Assembly: GCA_015062015.1 (NCBI GenBank)
Contig: SUVM01000001.1
Coordinates: 1 to 57,914 of the forward strand
Source: Akkermansiaceae bacterium
Lineage (GTDB): Bacteria; Verrucomicrobiota; Verrucomicrobiia; Verrucomicrobiales; Akkermansiaceae
DNA: 57,914 bases
Direction of reading: 5' to 3'
Below the pieces are notes generated by a model. That model was not told where the DNA came from and did no database searches. It saw nothing but the letters and a program-made list of their open reading frames with translations. Position 1 is the first letter of the stretch. Every line of letters begins with the position of its first letter. The position numbers and the translations under genes are program-made. Positions 37,749-47,343 of this stretch are shown piece by piece.

Positions 37749-39035
37749 TTATGCATTTTTAGCTTTATCGACAATGGAGAAAGCCTGTTCTTCGCTAATG
37801 CCGAGTGCATCCACCAAGTCTTCCGGTTGCACATAGCTGGCAATGCCTTGTACGGTTGTAAAGCCGTTGGCAATCATTGCGTCTGCCAGCTCGGGGGTAA
37901 TACCAAGTATGCTGATAAGCTCGTTTGCGCCTTCCGACGCAATGGTCTTGGTTTGGCTCATGCGGTCGTAGGCTTCTACGCGTACATCCCACTTGTCGTT
38001 AGGTGCAGAGATGAGCCTAGCCGTCAGGCGCACGTTTTTGCCTTTGCTGCCTTTGGCTTTTGCTGCGGTTTTATCGTCTGCTACATAGACGGAAACGATG
38101 CGGGCCTCCTGATCCACAACCACGTTAATGGGTTCTATAGGGGCTAAGGAATCCAGCACCATGGCCTTTTTGTCTTCCGTGTATTCAAGGATGTCCACCT
38201 TCTCGTGGTTGAGCTCGTTGACCACATTCTTAACGCGTGCGCCGCGCATACCCACACAGGCCCCGATGGGGTCCACATTCGGGTCTTCGCTGCGTACTAC
38301 CAACTTGGTGCGGTACCCCGGTTCGCGTACCACGTTCACAATCTCCACCGTGCGCTCCGCAATTTCTATTACCTCGTTCTCAAACAAACGGCGTACCAAA
38401 TTGGGGTGACTGCGAGACAGGATGAGCTCATGGCCGCGAGCTCCGTCTCTTACCTCCACTACATAGAAACGCAAAATGTCTCCGGGGGCGTAGTCCTCCT
38501 TGGGTATGCGTTGGCGGGAGGGTACAATGCCTTCAAACTTGTCCACTTCTACAATAATGTCGCCTTTGTCGTAGCGGCGCACGGTGCCGGTAACAACTTC
38601 GCCCACGCGGTCGCGGAAAGCTTCTGCCAGCATTTCCTGCTCAGCCTTGCGAATGCGTTGTTGCATAGTTTGACGAGCCGTTTGCACGGCAATACGCCCA
38701 AAGTCTTGCGGGGTAATGTTAAGGCTGATAACAGCCCCCGGCTCTACGGTTTTGCCTTTTTTGGCATAGAGGGCCGTTGCTACGGAAAGTTTTACCTCGT
38801 TGTAGGGGTCTGCCAGCTCCTCGTCGGGCACCACAACCATTTCGGCTTTGATTTTGACGGAATTCTTCTGCGGATTGATGACAGCTTTGATATGCTCAAT
38901 TTTGTCTGCTCCGGGTACCATTTTGGAGTAGGCGGTGAGGAACGAGGCTTCGAGAGCCTGAATCACGCGCTCGCGGGTAAGGTCCTTTTCTCGAACGTAG
39001 AAGTCGATCAAAGCGGATATGTCTGTGGCGGCCAT
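37749..39035 (-). CDS. nusA: Transcription termination factor NusA
   Basis: FGRIAVQTARQ, LSRSHP, REPGYRTK, DPIGACVGMRGARV, GKNVRL. Confidence 0.96.
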   Translation of the reverse strand: MAATDISALIDFYVREKDLTRERVIQALEASFLTAYSKMVPGADKIEHIKAVINPQKNSVKIKAEMVVVPDEELADPYNEVKLSVATALYAKKGKTVEPGAVISLNITPQDFGRIAVQTARQTMQQRIRKAEQEMLAEAFRDRVGEVVTGTVRRYDKGDIIVEVDKFEGIVPSRQRIPKEDYAPGDILRFYVVEVRDGARGHELILSRSHPNLVRRLFENEVIEIAERTVEIVNVVREPGYRTKLVVRSEDPNVDPIGACVGMRGARVKNVVNELNHEKVDILEYTEDKKAMVLDSLAPIEPINVVVDQEARIVSVYVADDKTAAKAKGSKGKNVRLTARLISAPNDKWDVRVEAYDRMSQTKTIASEGANELISILGITPELADAMIANGFTTVQGIASYVQPEDLVDALGISEEQAFSIVDKAKNA

Positions 39036-39075
39036 TGTCTTTATTGTTGCTGTGTTTTGAATATCTGTCTGCTAC

Positions 39076-39104
39076 AAAAAAAGAGCGGGTTAAAAACCCG
39101 CCCC
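39076..39104 (-). promoter_or_regulatory. Terminator-like attenuator in the nusA leader (rimP-leader type)
   Basis: GGGGCGGGTT-TTT-AACCCGCTC-T7 lies between the promoter and the nusA ATG. Confidence 0.7.
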
Positions 39105-39137
39105 AATCTATGAAACAGACCGGAACTTGACGCGCGA

Positions 39138-39166
39138 ATTCTATAAGCAAAACGGCATTTTGTCAA
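39138..39166 (-). promoter_or_regulatory. sigma70 promoter of nusA-infB-rbfA
   Basis: TTGACA-17-TAGAAT on the minus strand. Confidence 0.75.
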
Positions 39167-39286
39167 GCAAAAATCGTTTTCTGCGCTAAACATAAAGTGC
39201 GCAGTGTCATAATTTGGGGCTCTTTGCGTTGCAGCCGAGACAGAAAACTTGACAAACGGGGGGTAGGGGAGTAGAGTTGCCGTGTT

Positions 39287-40528
39287 ATGATGATACAAGA
39301 GCATGTACTTCCAACATACGGACGCGCCCCGCTTACGGTGGCCAAGGGTGAGGGTTCCTATCTGTTTGATACGGAAGGCCGGCGATATGTGGATTTCTGT
39401 GCCGGCATAGCCACATGTAGTCTCGGGCATTGTCATCCTGTGGTGGTGGAGGCCCTCAGCCGCCAGGCTTCTGAGCTGATGCATTGCTCTAATCTCTACA
39501 CCATTCCGCAACAGGAGCAGTTGGCCCGGTTGATTGTGGAAAAGGCTATCGGTATCCCCGGGCGTATCTTTTTTTGTAATTCCGGCGCAGAAGCCAACGA
39601 TGGCATCATTAAGGTTGCGCGTCGTTTCGGGCATCGTCGCCCGCAGGCAGACGGCTCCCCCCGTTACGAGGTTATTACCTTTAACAAGAGCTTCCATGGG
39701 CGTACGCTCGGCTCCATGGCAGCTACCGGACAGGCCAAAATTCAGGTAGAGTTTGACCCCATGCTGGTTGGGTTCAAATATGTTGATTTTAATGATATCG
39801 AGGCCTTGCGAGCCGCTGTAAGCTCTGTAACCTGCGGTATTATGCTGGAGGCCGTACAGGGAGAAGGCGGCGTTAACCCCGTAACGCCGGAGTTTTTGCG
39901 TGCGGTGGCCGCACTGTGTCAGGAGAAAGATTTGCTGCTCATGGTGGACGAGGTGCAGTGCGGTTTTGCGCGCACCGGGGCTATGATGGGGTGGCAGGCT
40001 GTTTGCCCGGAGGTGAAGCCGGATTTGGTATCCTGCGCTAAGGGTATTGGCGGTGGGTTCCCCATGGGGTGTTTTTGGGTAAGTAACCGTGCCATGGATG
40101 CGGCAGGAACCGAGCTTTCGTCTATTATGGGGCCGGGGTCCCACGGTTCTACATTCGGGGGTACACCCATAGCCTGCGCTACATCGTTAGCGGTTGTTAA
40201 TCATATTTTAGAGCAAAACCTTGCCGCGCGAGCCAAAGAGTTGGGTGAGTATATCAAATCTACCGTAGAATCTTGGGGCTTACCGTGTGTGGAGACTGTG
40301 CGCGGGTTAGGGCTGTTGCGTGGGGTTGGCTTACGCCCCGGTTCCTTTAGCGTGCCGGAGGGCAGTACACCTGCTGCTTATGTTAACAGCCTGTGCATGC
40401 AAGCCGGCTTGTTGGCATGCCCTGCCGGCCCGGATACCTTGCGCCTTATCCCGGCACTCAATGTTCCGACCAAGGTGCTGGAAGAGGGGTTGGCGATTCT
40501 TAAAACGGTGCTGGAGGGGCTTTCTTAA
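39287..40528 (+). CDS. argD: Acetylornithine aminotransferase
   Basis: FCNSGAEAND, SFHGRT, QGEGG, DEVQCG, AKGIGGGFP, HGSTFGG. Confidence 0.88.
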   Translation: MMIQEHVLPTYGRAPLTVAKGEGSYLFDTEGRRYVDFCAGIATCSLGHCHPVVVEALSRQASELMHCSNLYTIPQQEQLARLIVEKAIGIPGRIFFCNSGAEANDGIIKVARRFGHRRPQADGSPRYEVITFNKSFHGRTLGSMAATGQAKIQVEFDPMLVGFKYVDFNDIEALRAAVSSVTCGIMLEAVQGEGGVNPVTPEFLRAVAALCQEKDLLLMVDEVQCGFARTGAMMGWQAVCPEVKPDLVSCAKGIGGGFPMGCFWVSNRAMDAAGTELSSIMGPGSHGSTFGGTPIACATSLAVVNHILEQNLAARAKELGEYIKSTVESWGLPCVETVRGLGLLRGVGLRPGSFSVPEGSTPAAYVNSLCMQAGLLACPAGPDTLRLIPALNVPTKVLEEGLAILKTVLEGLS

Positions 40529-40554
40529 GCCTCTCTATCCGCCTTTTTCTTCAA

Positions 40555-40571
40555 CTGGCACATTTTTAGCT
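40555..40571 (+). promoter_or_regulatory. Putative sigma54 (-24/-12) promoter upstream of pyrH
   Basis: CTGGCACA-TTTT-TAGCT with GG-N10-GC spacing. Confidence 0.45.
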
Positions 40572-40627
40572 CGCTTTTTGATGAAAAACATGGCAGATTA
40601 GTCACGAACAAATATTTTTCACGTCTT

Positions 40628-41356
40628 ATGACTGAAACGACTTCTCCCAGGTTTAAGCGTATTCTGCTCAAATTGAGCGGTGAGGCCTTGCGTGCCCCCG
40701 GCAGTAAGGATAATATTTCTCCGGAAATTGTGGCTCGCATCGCCCGCGAAATTGCTGAAGCTCAAAAACGTGGCAATCTTCAAATTGCCATTGTTGTGGG
40801 AGGCGGCAACATTTGGCGTGGTGCCAAGGCCAGTGTGCGTGGTATGGACCGCCCGACGGCAGACTATGTAGGTATGCTTGCCACGGTGATGAATGCACTT
40901 TCCATTTGCTCTGCCGTGCAGGAGGCCGGTGTGCCTTGCCATGTGATGAGTGCTATTGAGATGAAGAACGTGGCAGAGCCCTACGTCCGCAACATTGCAA
41001 GAGAGGATTTGCGCTCCGGCCAGGTGGTGGTATTTGCCGCCGGCACGGGCAACCCTTTCTTCAGCACCGATACGGCCGCAGCTTTGCGCGCTTGCGAAAT
41101 CAATGCCGAAGTGGTGATGAAAGCCACATCCGTTGACGGTGTATACACGGCAGACCCCAAGAAAGACCCCACCGCAACCCGTTTTGACACGATTTCTTAT
41201 GAAGAGTGCATCAGCCGCGAGCTTAAAGTGATGGATCAAACGGCTTTCACACTTTGCAAAGATAACAACAAACCCATCATGGTGTTTGATATGCACCAGC
41301 CCGGCAACATCACCCGCGCCCTGCTTGGTGAACAAATCGGTACCATTATCGGTTAA
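40628..41356 (+). CDS. pyrH: UMP kinase
   Basis: RILLKLSGEAL, GGGNIWRG, ADYVGMLAT, GTGNPFFSTD. Confidence 0.97.
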   Translation: MTETTSPRFKRILLKLSGEALRAPGSKDNISPEIVARIAREIAEAQKRGNLQIAIVVGGGNIWRGAKASVRGMDRPTADYVGMLATVMNALSICSAVQEAGVPCHVMSAIEMKNVAEPYVRNIAREDLRSGQVVVFAAGTGNPFFSTDTAAALRACEINAEVVMKATSVDGVYTADPKKDPTATRFDTISYEECISRELKVMDQTAFTLCKDNNKPIMVFDMHQPGNITRALLGEQIGTIIG

Positions 41357-41393
41357 TCCTTTTTACACACACTTAAACTCACATTATAAGATC

Positions 41394-41960
41394 ATGGACG
41401 AAGAAACACTCCTCCTCGAAACCGAAGCCTCTATGGAAGAGGCTGTAGAACGCATGTCTGCCGACTTCGCCGGCGTGCGTACCGGCAAAGCTTCCCCCTC
41501 TTTGGTGGATAATATGGATATTTTTGTGGCCTCCTACGGCACGAGCATGAAGCTCAAGAGCATTGCCGTGGTATCCACCCCCGATGCCCGCTCCATCCTC
41601 ATTCAACCGTTCGACCCCAGCACGCTCAATGATATTAAGAAAGCTATCGCAGAGAGCAAGCTCAATCTTAATCCCATTATCGATGCACGTTCTGTACGCC
41701 TGCCGATTCCTGAGCTTTCCGGCGAGCGCCGCAAGGAGCTTTGCAAGTATGTTAAGAGCTTGTCCGAGGATACCCGCGTGCGTATCCGTGGTGTCCGTAA
41801 ATCCGGCATGGATTCCATCAAGAAGATGAAGGCCGATAATATTCTTACGGAAGACGGCGTGCGCCAGGCCGAGGAAAAAGTGCAGAAGTTGACGGACAAA
41901 TACGTTAAGAAGGTTGACGAGCTTGTGGCCGTTAAAGAGAAAGAAATCATGACGGTCTGA
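41394..41960 (+). CDS. frr: Ribosome recycling factor
   Basis: VRTGKASP, IQPFD, PELSGERRKEL, QKLTD, KEKEIM. Confidence 0.96.
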   Translation: MDEETLLLETEASMEEAVERMSADFAGVRTGKASPSLVDNMDIFVASYGTSMKLKSIAVVSTPDARSILIQPFDPSTLNDIKKAIAESKLNLNPIIDARSVRLPIPELSGERRKELCKYVKSLSEDTRVRIRGVRKSGMDSIKKMKADNILTEDGVRQAEEKVQKLTDKYVKKVDELVAVKEKEIMTV

Positions 41961-42001
41961 TAGCCCTGCATCTTCCACCCTATTCAAAACCCACTTATTA
42001 T

Positions 42002-42319
42002 ATGAGCAACAATACTAATGTTCTTGCACAGGGAATCGAGATTATCGGCTCCATCACTTTTGAGAATGACATGCACATCGACGGCAAGGTTGAGGGCAAG
42101 ATTCTCTCCCAATCCGGTAAGGTAACTATCGGCGAATTGGCAGATATTAAAGGCGATATCTGTGCCGGAGAGGTGCATGTTTATGGCCATGTGGACGGCA
42201 ATGTGAACAGCGACCGCTGCCACCTTAACCCTCGCGCCGTTGTGAATGGCGACATCACCACGCATGTGCTTTCCATGCTCGAGGGGGCCAAGCTTTCCGG
42301 TCGTGCCGAAATCGGTTAA
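42002..42319 (+). CDS. Bactofilin (polymer-forming cytoskeletal protein)
   Basis: IDGKVEG.I, VTIG, V.G.V.GNV, GAKLSG beta-helix pattern. Confidence 0.9.
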   Translation: MSNNTNVLAQGIEIIGSITFENDMHIDGKVEGKILSQSGKVTIGELADIKGDICAGEVHVYGHVDGNVNSDRCHLNPRAVVNGDITTHVLSMLEGAKLSGRAEIG

Positions 42320-42341
42320 CCCGCTTCTCGATTCATTTGTT

Positions 42342-42387
42342 AAAACGGTGTTTTTCGCCTCTCTGTGGCGGGAAACACCGTTTTTTT
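42342..42387. terminator. Bidirectional terminator between bactofilin and recF
   Basis: AAAACGGTGTTTTTCGCC / GGCGGGAAACACCGTTTTTTT. Confidence 0.75.
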
Positions 42388-42392
42388 GCTGT

Positions 42393-43451
42393 TTAGGGTT
42401 CGGGGATAATAGATGCGTTGTTGATTCGCAGTAGTGGCAAGGGGGCGGGTGCGTCTGCCAGCCAGTCTGTGTGCGTGGTGGTAATAAAAGTCTGAGAATC
42501 CGGCGGGAGTTGGGCAAGCAGAGCCCGGCGGCGGGGTGGGTCCAGCTCTCCGAACACATCATCTATCAGGATAGTGGGGGCGTGCCCTGTTTGCTCGTGC
42601 AGTAGGGAGGATTGCGCCAAAACAAGAGCCGTGGCAAGGGTGCGTTGTTGCCCTTCGGAGGCAAAGGCAGTGGCAGAGTGCCCTTCGATGGTGAGCTCAA
42701 AATCATCCCGGTGGGGGCCAATGCCGGTAAAACCTGTGCGGATGTCGGTTGCGGTATTGTGCTCGATGGCTTCGGCAAGGTTTTGGGTGGCGGAGGGGCG
42801 GTACAGCAGGCCTATGGCTTCTTTGCCCGTGGAGATGTTGAGATGCAGCTGGGCAACATAAGGGCGCAACAGTTGTACAAGCCGCTCGCGGAGGTGAATA
42901 AGAATTTCTCCGTTTCGGGCAAGGATAGCGGCGTAACTGCGGAGGGCAGCGGGTGTTTGTCGCGGGTTGCGAAGCAGCATGTTGCGGGACCGGAGCGCTT
43001 TGCGGTACTCCAGCAAAGCAGGGCGATACGCCGGGTGCCATTGCGAGCCTAAAAAATCCAAATAATCCCGCCGCGTTTCGGCACTGCCGGTAACAAGCTC
43101 TATGTCTGTGTTACCCAGCCATACCACAGGGCGCGCATCTGCCAAGTAGTCCGTATAATCTTTCCGGCGTGCACCGGTTGCCTCCATGGTAAGTTTTTTA
43201 TCTTGCCAAACAACTTTGCGCGTACCCTCATCCGTATCTAAAGAGATGCCAAAGTCCGTACAGTTGTGCGTGGCCAGCCTATCCAAACGTGTGGTGCGAG
43301 GCGAATGCAGGGTTTGTGCAAAGCAGATGGCTTCCATGAGACTGGTTTTCCCTTGCGCGTTATCACCATAAAGCAAGGCACCCTCAGCGGGGATTTCCCA
43401 GTTGAGGGTGGGGTAGCAGCGAAAGTTTCGCAGTCTCAGGCGCAGGAGCAT
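42393..43451 (-). CDS. recF: DNA replication and repair protein RecF
   Basis: NFRCY, GDNAQGKT, GPHRDD, ASEGQQR, IDDVFGELD. Confidence 0.93.
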   Translation of the reverse strand: MLLRLRLRNFRCYPTLNWEIPAEGALLYGDNAQGKTSLMEAICFAQTLHSPRTTRLDRLATHNCTDFGISLDTDEGTRKVVWQDKKLTMEATGARRKDYTDYLADARPVVWLGNTDIELVTGSAETRRDYLDFLGSQWHPAYRPALLEYRKALRSRNMLLRNPRQTPAALRSYAAILARNGEILIHLRERLVQLLRPYVAQLHLNISTGKEAIGLLYRPSATQNLAEAIEHNTATDIRTGFTGIGPHRDDFELTIEGHSATAFASEGQQRTLATALVLAQSSLLHEQTGHAPTILIDDVFGELDPPRRRALLAQLPPDSQTFITTTHTDWLADAPAPLPLLRINNASIIPEP

Positions 43452-43460
43452 GTGCGGATA

Positions 43461-44102
43461 TCAGGGCTGTAAGGGCAGCGCACGGATGGCATTCATGATT
43501 TTTCTGCCGAGGGCAAGCTGCCCTTCTCGTCCTTTGGCTTTGAGCTCTTCCGCAGTAAAGGGGATGGGGTCTCCCACGGTGACGGATATGTTGCGGAAGC
43601 GCACTTTGTTGCTGTGAATGGGCAGGGCATCGTACGCACCTTCGATGCGAAGCGGTTGCACAGGAATGTTAGAGCCGGCCAGCTTACTGAGGATAAGGCC
43701 GATGCCGGGCATGGCATCGTGGATTGCGCCGTCGGGGCAGCGGGCTCCTTCCGGGAAGATGACGATGCTGCCACCTTGGCGCATATGGCGTATCACTTTT
43801 AGGATGCTGCCGGGGTCCGGCCGCTTTTGGTCGATGGGCAGGGCATTGCAAAGCGGGAGTGCCCACTTCATGAACCAGTGGTCAAACAAGGTCTTGCGCG
43901 CCAAAAAGTGTACCGGATTTTCAAAAATAGACGCCAGCAGGGGCGGATCCAAAAAACTTTGGTGGTTGCATACATATATGCACGGGCTGCCGTCGATAAG
44001 CTTTTCCTTGTTGATTATCTTCATTTTGAAGAAACATTTGCCAAACCCTTTGAACAGGGTGTGCCCCAACAGGTATACGGGGTTCATCGATAAGGTTGCC
44101 AT
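43461..44102 (-). CDS. plsC: 1-acyl-sn-glycerol-3-phosphate acyltransferase
   Basis: NHQSFLDP, IFPEGAR. Confidence 0.88.
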   Translation of the reverse strand: MATLSMNPVYLLGHTLFKGFGKCFFKMKIINKEKLIDGSPCIYVCNHQSFLDPPLLASIFENPVHFLARKTLFDHWFMKWALPLCNALPIDQKRPDPGSILKVIRHMRQGGSIVIFPEGARCPDGAIHDAMPGIGLILSKLAGSNIPVQPLRIEGAYDALPIHSNKVRFRNISVTVGDPIPFTAEELKAKGREGQLALGRKIMNAIRALPLQP

Positions 44103-44162
44103 AATAGAATACGAGTGTGTGTGTAGTGTATGCTGTCGGAAAATTGAGGGGGAGGGGAAGTA

Positions 44163-44801
44163 TTATGCCATGCGTTTGCGAATGTCTGCGGCAATGGCTG
44201 CAACGACTTCAGAGATGCTCATCTCGGAGGTGTCGACCAGCTGTGCATCATCTGCTTTAGTAAGCGGGGCGCAGGCGCGCGCGGAGTCTTTGCGGTCTCG
44301 CTCGGCGATGGAATCCGTTAAACCTTGGGCGGCACGGCGGGCAGCGCGTACCTCCTCCGAGGCTGTAACAAAGTATTTGTACGGTGTGTTGGGGAAGACT
44401 ACGGTGCCGATGTCTCGGCCCTCCATCACAACGGGCTCTGTGGCGTTATATTCCCGCTGCTTTTCTACCAGCAGGGCGCGCACCTCCGGAATAGCCGCAA
44501 TGGTGGATACGTTGTCATTGGTGGATTGCAGGGTAAGCTCTTCTCCCAGCACGCGGCCCTTGCACATGACGGTGGACACGGCCCTGTCTTTACCGAAAGA
44601 AAGGGGAATGGTGGGCAGTAAGGCCTTCACGGCCTCTGTATCTGCCGGGGAAATACCTTGTTGTAGCACATACCAAGTGACAGCCCTGTACATAGCCCCG
44701 GTGTTGATGAAAGTGAAGCCTAATTCTTTTGCAATTAATTTGGCTACGGTGGATTTACCGGATGCGGCAGGCCCGTCTATGGCAATGGCTGGAGGATTCA
44801 T
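44163..44801 (-). CDS. cmk: Cytidylate kinase
   Basis: IAIDGPAASGKST, TGAMYRA, MEGRDIGTVV, RDRKDS; start 44801 avoids the rpoN overlap. Confidence 0.94.
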   Translation of the reverse strand: MNPPAIAIDGPAASGKSTVAKLIAKELGFTFINTGAMYRAVTWYVLQQGISPADTEAVKALLPTIPLSFGKDRAVSTVMCKGRVLGEELTLQSTNDNVSTIAAIPEVRALLVEKQREYNATEPVVMEGRDIGTVVFPNTPYKYFVTASEEVRAARRAAQGLTDSIAERDRKDSARACAPLTKADDAQLVDTSEMSISEVVAAIAADIRKRMA

Positions 44802-44844
44802 ACACATGTAGTATACATTGTTAGGTGGCTCTTGTCTAGCAAAT

Positions 44845-46146
44845 TTACCTGCCTTTACGCAGAGATGCGGGTAGAATTTTGAGTTGCTCTCGGTATTTGG
44901 CGATGGTTCGGCGTGCGAGGAAGATGTTTTCTGCTTGCAAAAGTGATTCGATGCGGGCATCGGATAGCGGCCGGGTGGGGTCTTCCTGTTCAATCAGCTG
45001 CCGGATGCGTTGTTTGGCGGCATCTGCGGAAATTTCGCCACTTGTTTCGGCGGAGACAGCCGTTGTAAATAGAGCCCGCAGTTCTGTAACACCACGGAGG
45101 GATTTGATGTATTTACCCCGCACAGCACGAGAGATGGTGGAAACGTGCAAGCGCGTGTCTGCTGCAATGTCTTCCATCTTCATGGGGGCTAAGGGGGCGT
45201 TACCGTTGAGAAAATAGTTTTTTTGCCGTTTTGCTATGGCTTTTGCCACAAGCAGTAGCGTGGTTTGGCGGTCTTGCAACGCACGGATGAAATCTCTCCC
45301 TTCGCGAAAGCATCGGGATAAAAATTGCCGCACTTCCGGGTTGTCGGCATGCTGCGCCATCAGCTCCCGGTATTCTGCCGATAGGACTAATTGCGGAGAG
45401 CCCTCGCGTGTAAGGCTTATTTTAAGTTCGTTGCCGTCGGCTTCGATACAAATATCGGGGGTGATGATGTGGTGCTCCGTTCGGGAGAATCCGCTGCCGG
45501 GATCCGGGTTGAGCCGGGCAATGCGGCGGGCTGCCAGTTCAGCAGCTTCTTCGTCAATATCCAGAGCATTGGCAATGTGTGCGTAGCGGTGTTTAACGAG
45601 GTCCTGCCAATGGTGTTGCAAAATACGCATGGGCAGCCCTCGGTGTTCTCCTAAGCGTTTGAGTTGCAGAATCAGGCTTTCCTGCAAATCCTGAGCCCCG
45701 ACTCCGGCCGGCTCCAAATCGCACAGAATGTGCCTTGCCTGTTCAAATTGCTTGTCGGGCAATCCGGTCTCCTGCTGCACAACGGCAAGAGGCTCAGCAA
45801 AATAGCCATGCCTATCTAACCATGGGATGAGGGTTAGGGCGGCGGATTCTTGTTTAGGTGGCAGCCCGCTGCGGCGGATTTGTTCTTCCAAGTGTTCTGC
45901 CAAGCTTTGTTGGGTGCAGAAGGTTTCGATTCCGGATTCTCGGTGGTAATATGTGCCTGAGGGCTCCTCTGCCGCGTCGGGCTCGGACGGGCGAGCTTCC
46001 TCTAATGTGGGGTTGGCAGATAATGCTTCGGCAATGAGCTCCTGCAGCTCGGTTTGGTTGGCCTGCAACGCACGCATGGCAAGCTGCATAGCAGGTGTTG
46101 CCACCATGCCCTGTTGCATGCCTTGTACGATGCCGGGAGAACTCAT
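44845..46146 (-). CDS. rpoN: RNA polymerase sigma-54 factor
   Basis: Gln-rich region I, EPAGVGA, HVSTISRAV, PLSD, RpoN box ARRTIAKYRE. Confidence 0.93.
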   Translation of the reverse strand: MSSPGIVQGMQQGMVATPAMQLAMRALQANQTELQELIAEALSANPTLEEARPSEPDAAEEPSGTYYHRESGIETFCTQQSLAEHLEEQIRRSGLPPKQESAALTLIPWLDRHGYFAEPLAVVQQETGLPDKQFEQARHILCDLEPAGVGAQDLQESLILQLKRLGEHRGLPMRILQHHWQDLVKHRYAHIANALDIDEEAAELAARRIARLNPDPGSGFSRTEHHIITPDICIEADGNELKISLTREGSPQLVLSAEYRELMAQHADNPEVRQFLSRCFREGRDFIRALQDRQTTLLLVAKAIAKRQKNYFLNGNAPLAPMKMEDIAADTRLHVSTISRAVRGKYIKSLRGVTELRALFTTAVSAETSGEISADAAKQRIRQLIEQEDPTRPLSDARIESLLQAENIFLARRTIAKYREQLKILPASLRKGR

Positions 46147-46163
46147 AGCGGGTACGGGATACT

Positions 46164-47297
46164 TTAGTCTATGATTTTTCCTTTGTCTTTAATGACTTTT
46201 TTGAGTGCTTCCGAATCGAAGTGGTTTGCTTTACGGATTCGGTTTATCTCTGCCTTCATGGTGCGGGTTTGTTCTGCCGCTTTGAGGTGGATTTGTTCGT
46301 ACAATTCACTATCATCAATCAAGAGGTAGTAGGCGTTGTAACCGGCGCGGATGTCGGCAAGAAGTGCGGTTATAGGGGCAGCCGCTGCATCGGCTGTTTC
46401 TTTGCTTTGTATTTTGCCCAGAGCCGTTCGAAGATTCCCAATATTGTCTATAAGGAGGTTAAGCTGTGCATGCCATTCTGCCTCTGTGGCGAATGGATGG
46501 ATAGCCGATAAATCGTACCATTGCTCCAATTCGTGTCTTTGTGTTACAGGGGTATCTGCCGTGTTGTACAAATCCATCTTAAGGAGCATGTATGCCTTGT
46601 TATCGGCAAAAACAACGGAGAGTGTCGGATTCGTGTAATCCCACCTACGTTCCAAGATGAAAGATAAGTCCAGTTTTTGATCTGCATGGTGCAGAACAAT
46701 ATATTTAGCAGGCTCTTGTACAGACGCCGTAAGTTTCCACGCCGTTTCTTTAGTAAAGCCCTTGCCTCCGGTCACTTGGATTTCGTCTGCTCCATCATAT
46801 GGCGTGTTTGTTATCAGCTTTGTTTTGAAATCTTCCGGCAATGGGGTAGGGGGTACGGTGTAAGATTCGGACCCCGCTATTTCTTTAGCTAACAGGGTAG
46901 AGCCGAAGTAGAGCTGCTGTTTCAGCTCTTGGTTTCTGGCTTCAAATTGCTTTGAAGCGATTTTTTTTAACTGAACTCTTGTTTTGTAATCCGTACTGTC
47001 CAGCACATGCAAAAGCTCCGGGGTGAGTATCTCGAATTGTTTTTGGAGTAAGTGTACGGCGGCATCGGCACTCTCCTTATCATGCACATTCTGAATAATT
47101 TTCAACTGGTTGGCGTAAATGCCTTTGAGGGTCTCCAAGGCTGCGGCTTGCTCCTCCTCTGTGTATTCCTTATCTTCAAGCTCATCATAATCTTCATCAT
47201 AATCATAGGCGTCGGCCTGCTGTACCGGTTGCTGAGCATTAAGCGGTTGCAGTAGAGGTAAATAAAGGAAAGCCAGTGCGAATAGGGCGGGTCTCAT
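46164..47297 (-). CDS. Exported hypothetical protein with an internal helical repeat
   Basis: Signal peptide from 47297, acidic stretch, repeated (D/S)KE(S/T)ADAA module; upstream TTGACA-17-TACAAT. Confidence 0.7.
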   Translation of the reverse strand: MRPALFALAFLYLPLLQPLNAQQPVQQADAYDYDEDYDELEDKEYTEEEQAAALETLKGIYANQLKIIQNVHDKESADAAVHLLQKQFEILTPELLHVLDSTDYKTRVQLKKIASKQFEARNQELKQQLYFGSTLLAKEIAGSESYTVPPTPLPEDFKTKLITNTPYDGADEIQVTGGKGFTKETAWKLTASVQEPAKYIVLHHADQKLDLSFILERRWDYTNPTLSVVFADNKAYMLLKMDLYNTADTPVTQRHELEQWYDLSAIHPFATEAEWHAQLNLLIDNIGNLRTALGKIQSKETADAAAAPITALLADIRAGYNAYYLLIDDSELYEQIHLKAAEQTRTMKAEINRIRKANHFDSEALKKVIKDKGKIID

Positions 47298-47343
47298 ATG
47301 CGTGGAAGGTATTGTAAGATTTTGGTGGTGTTGTGTCAATAAG

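Noticed and set aside
36626-44811. Long opposite-strand ORFs (36626..37519, 37179..38147, 38205..39113, 39041..40144, 40619..41335, 43618..44811)
   Set aside because: They are antisense to well-conserved genes (infB, nusA, argD, pyrH, plsC, cmk), have no motifs, and are expected from codon bias.
44802-44993. N-terminal extension of Cmk (also the ORF-track extensions of frr, hisS, ptsH, skp, corA, hsdS)
   Set aside because: The extensions overlap neighbouring genes or promoter elements; downstream ATGs give normal-length proteins.
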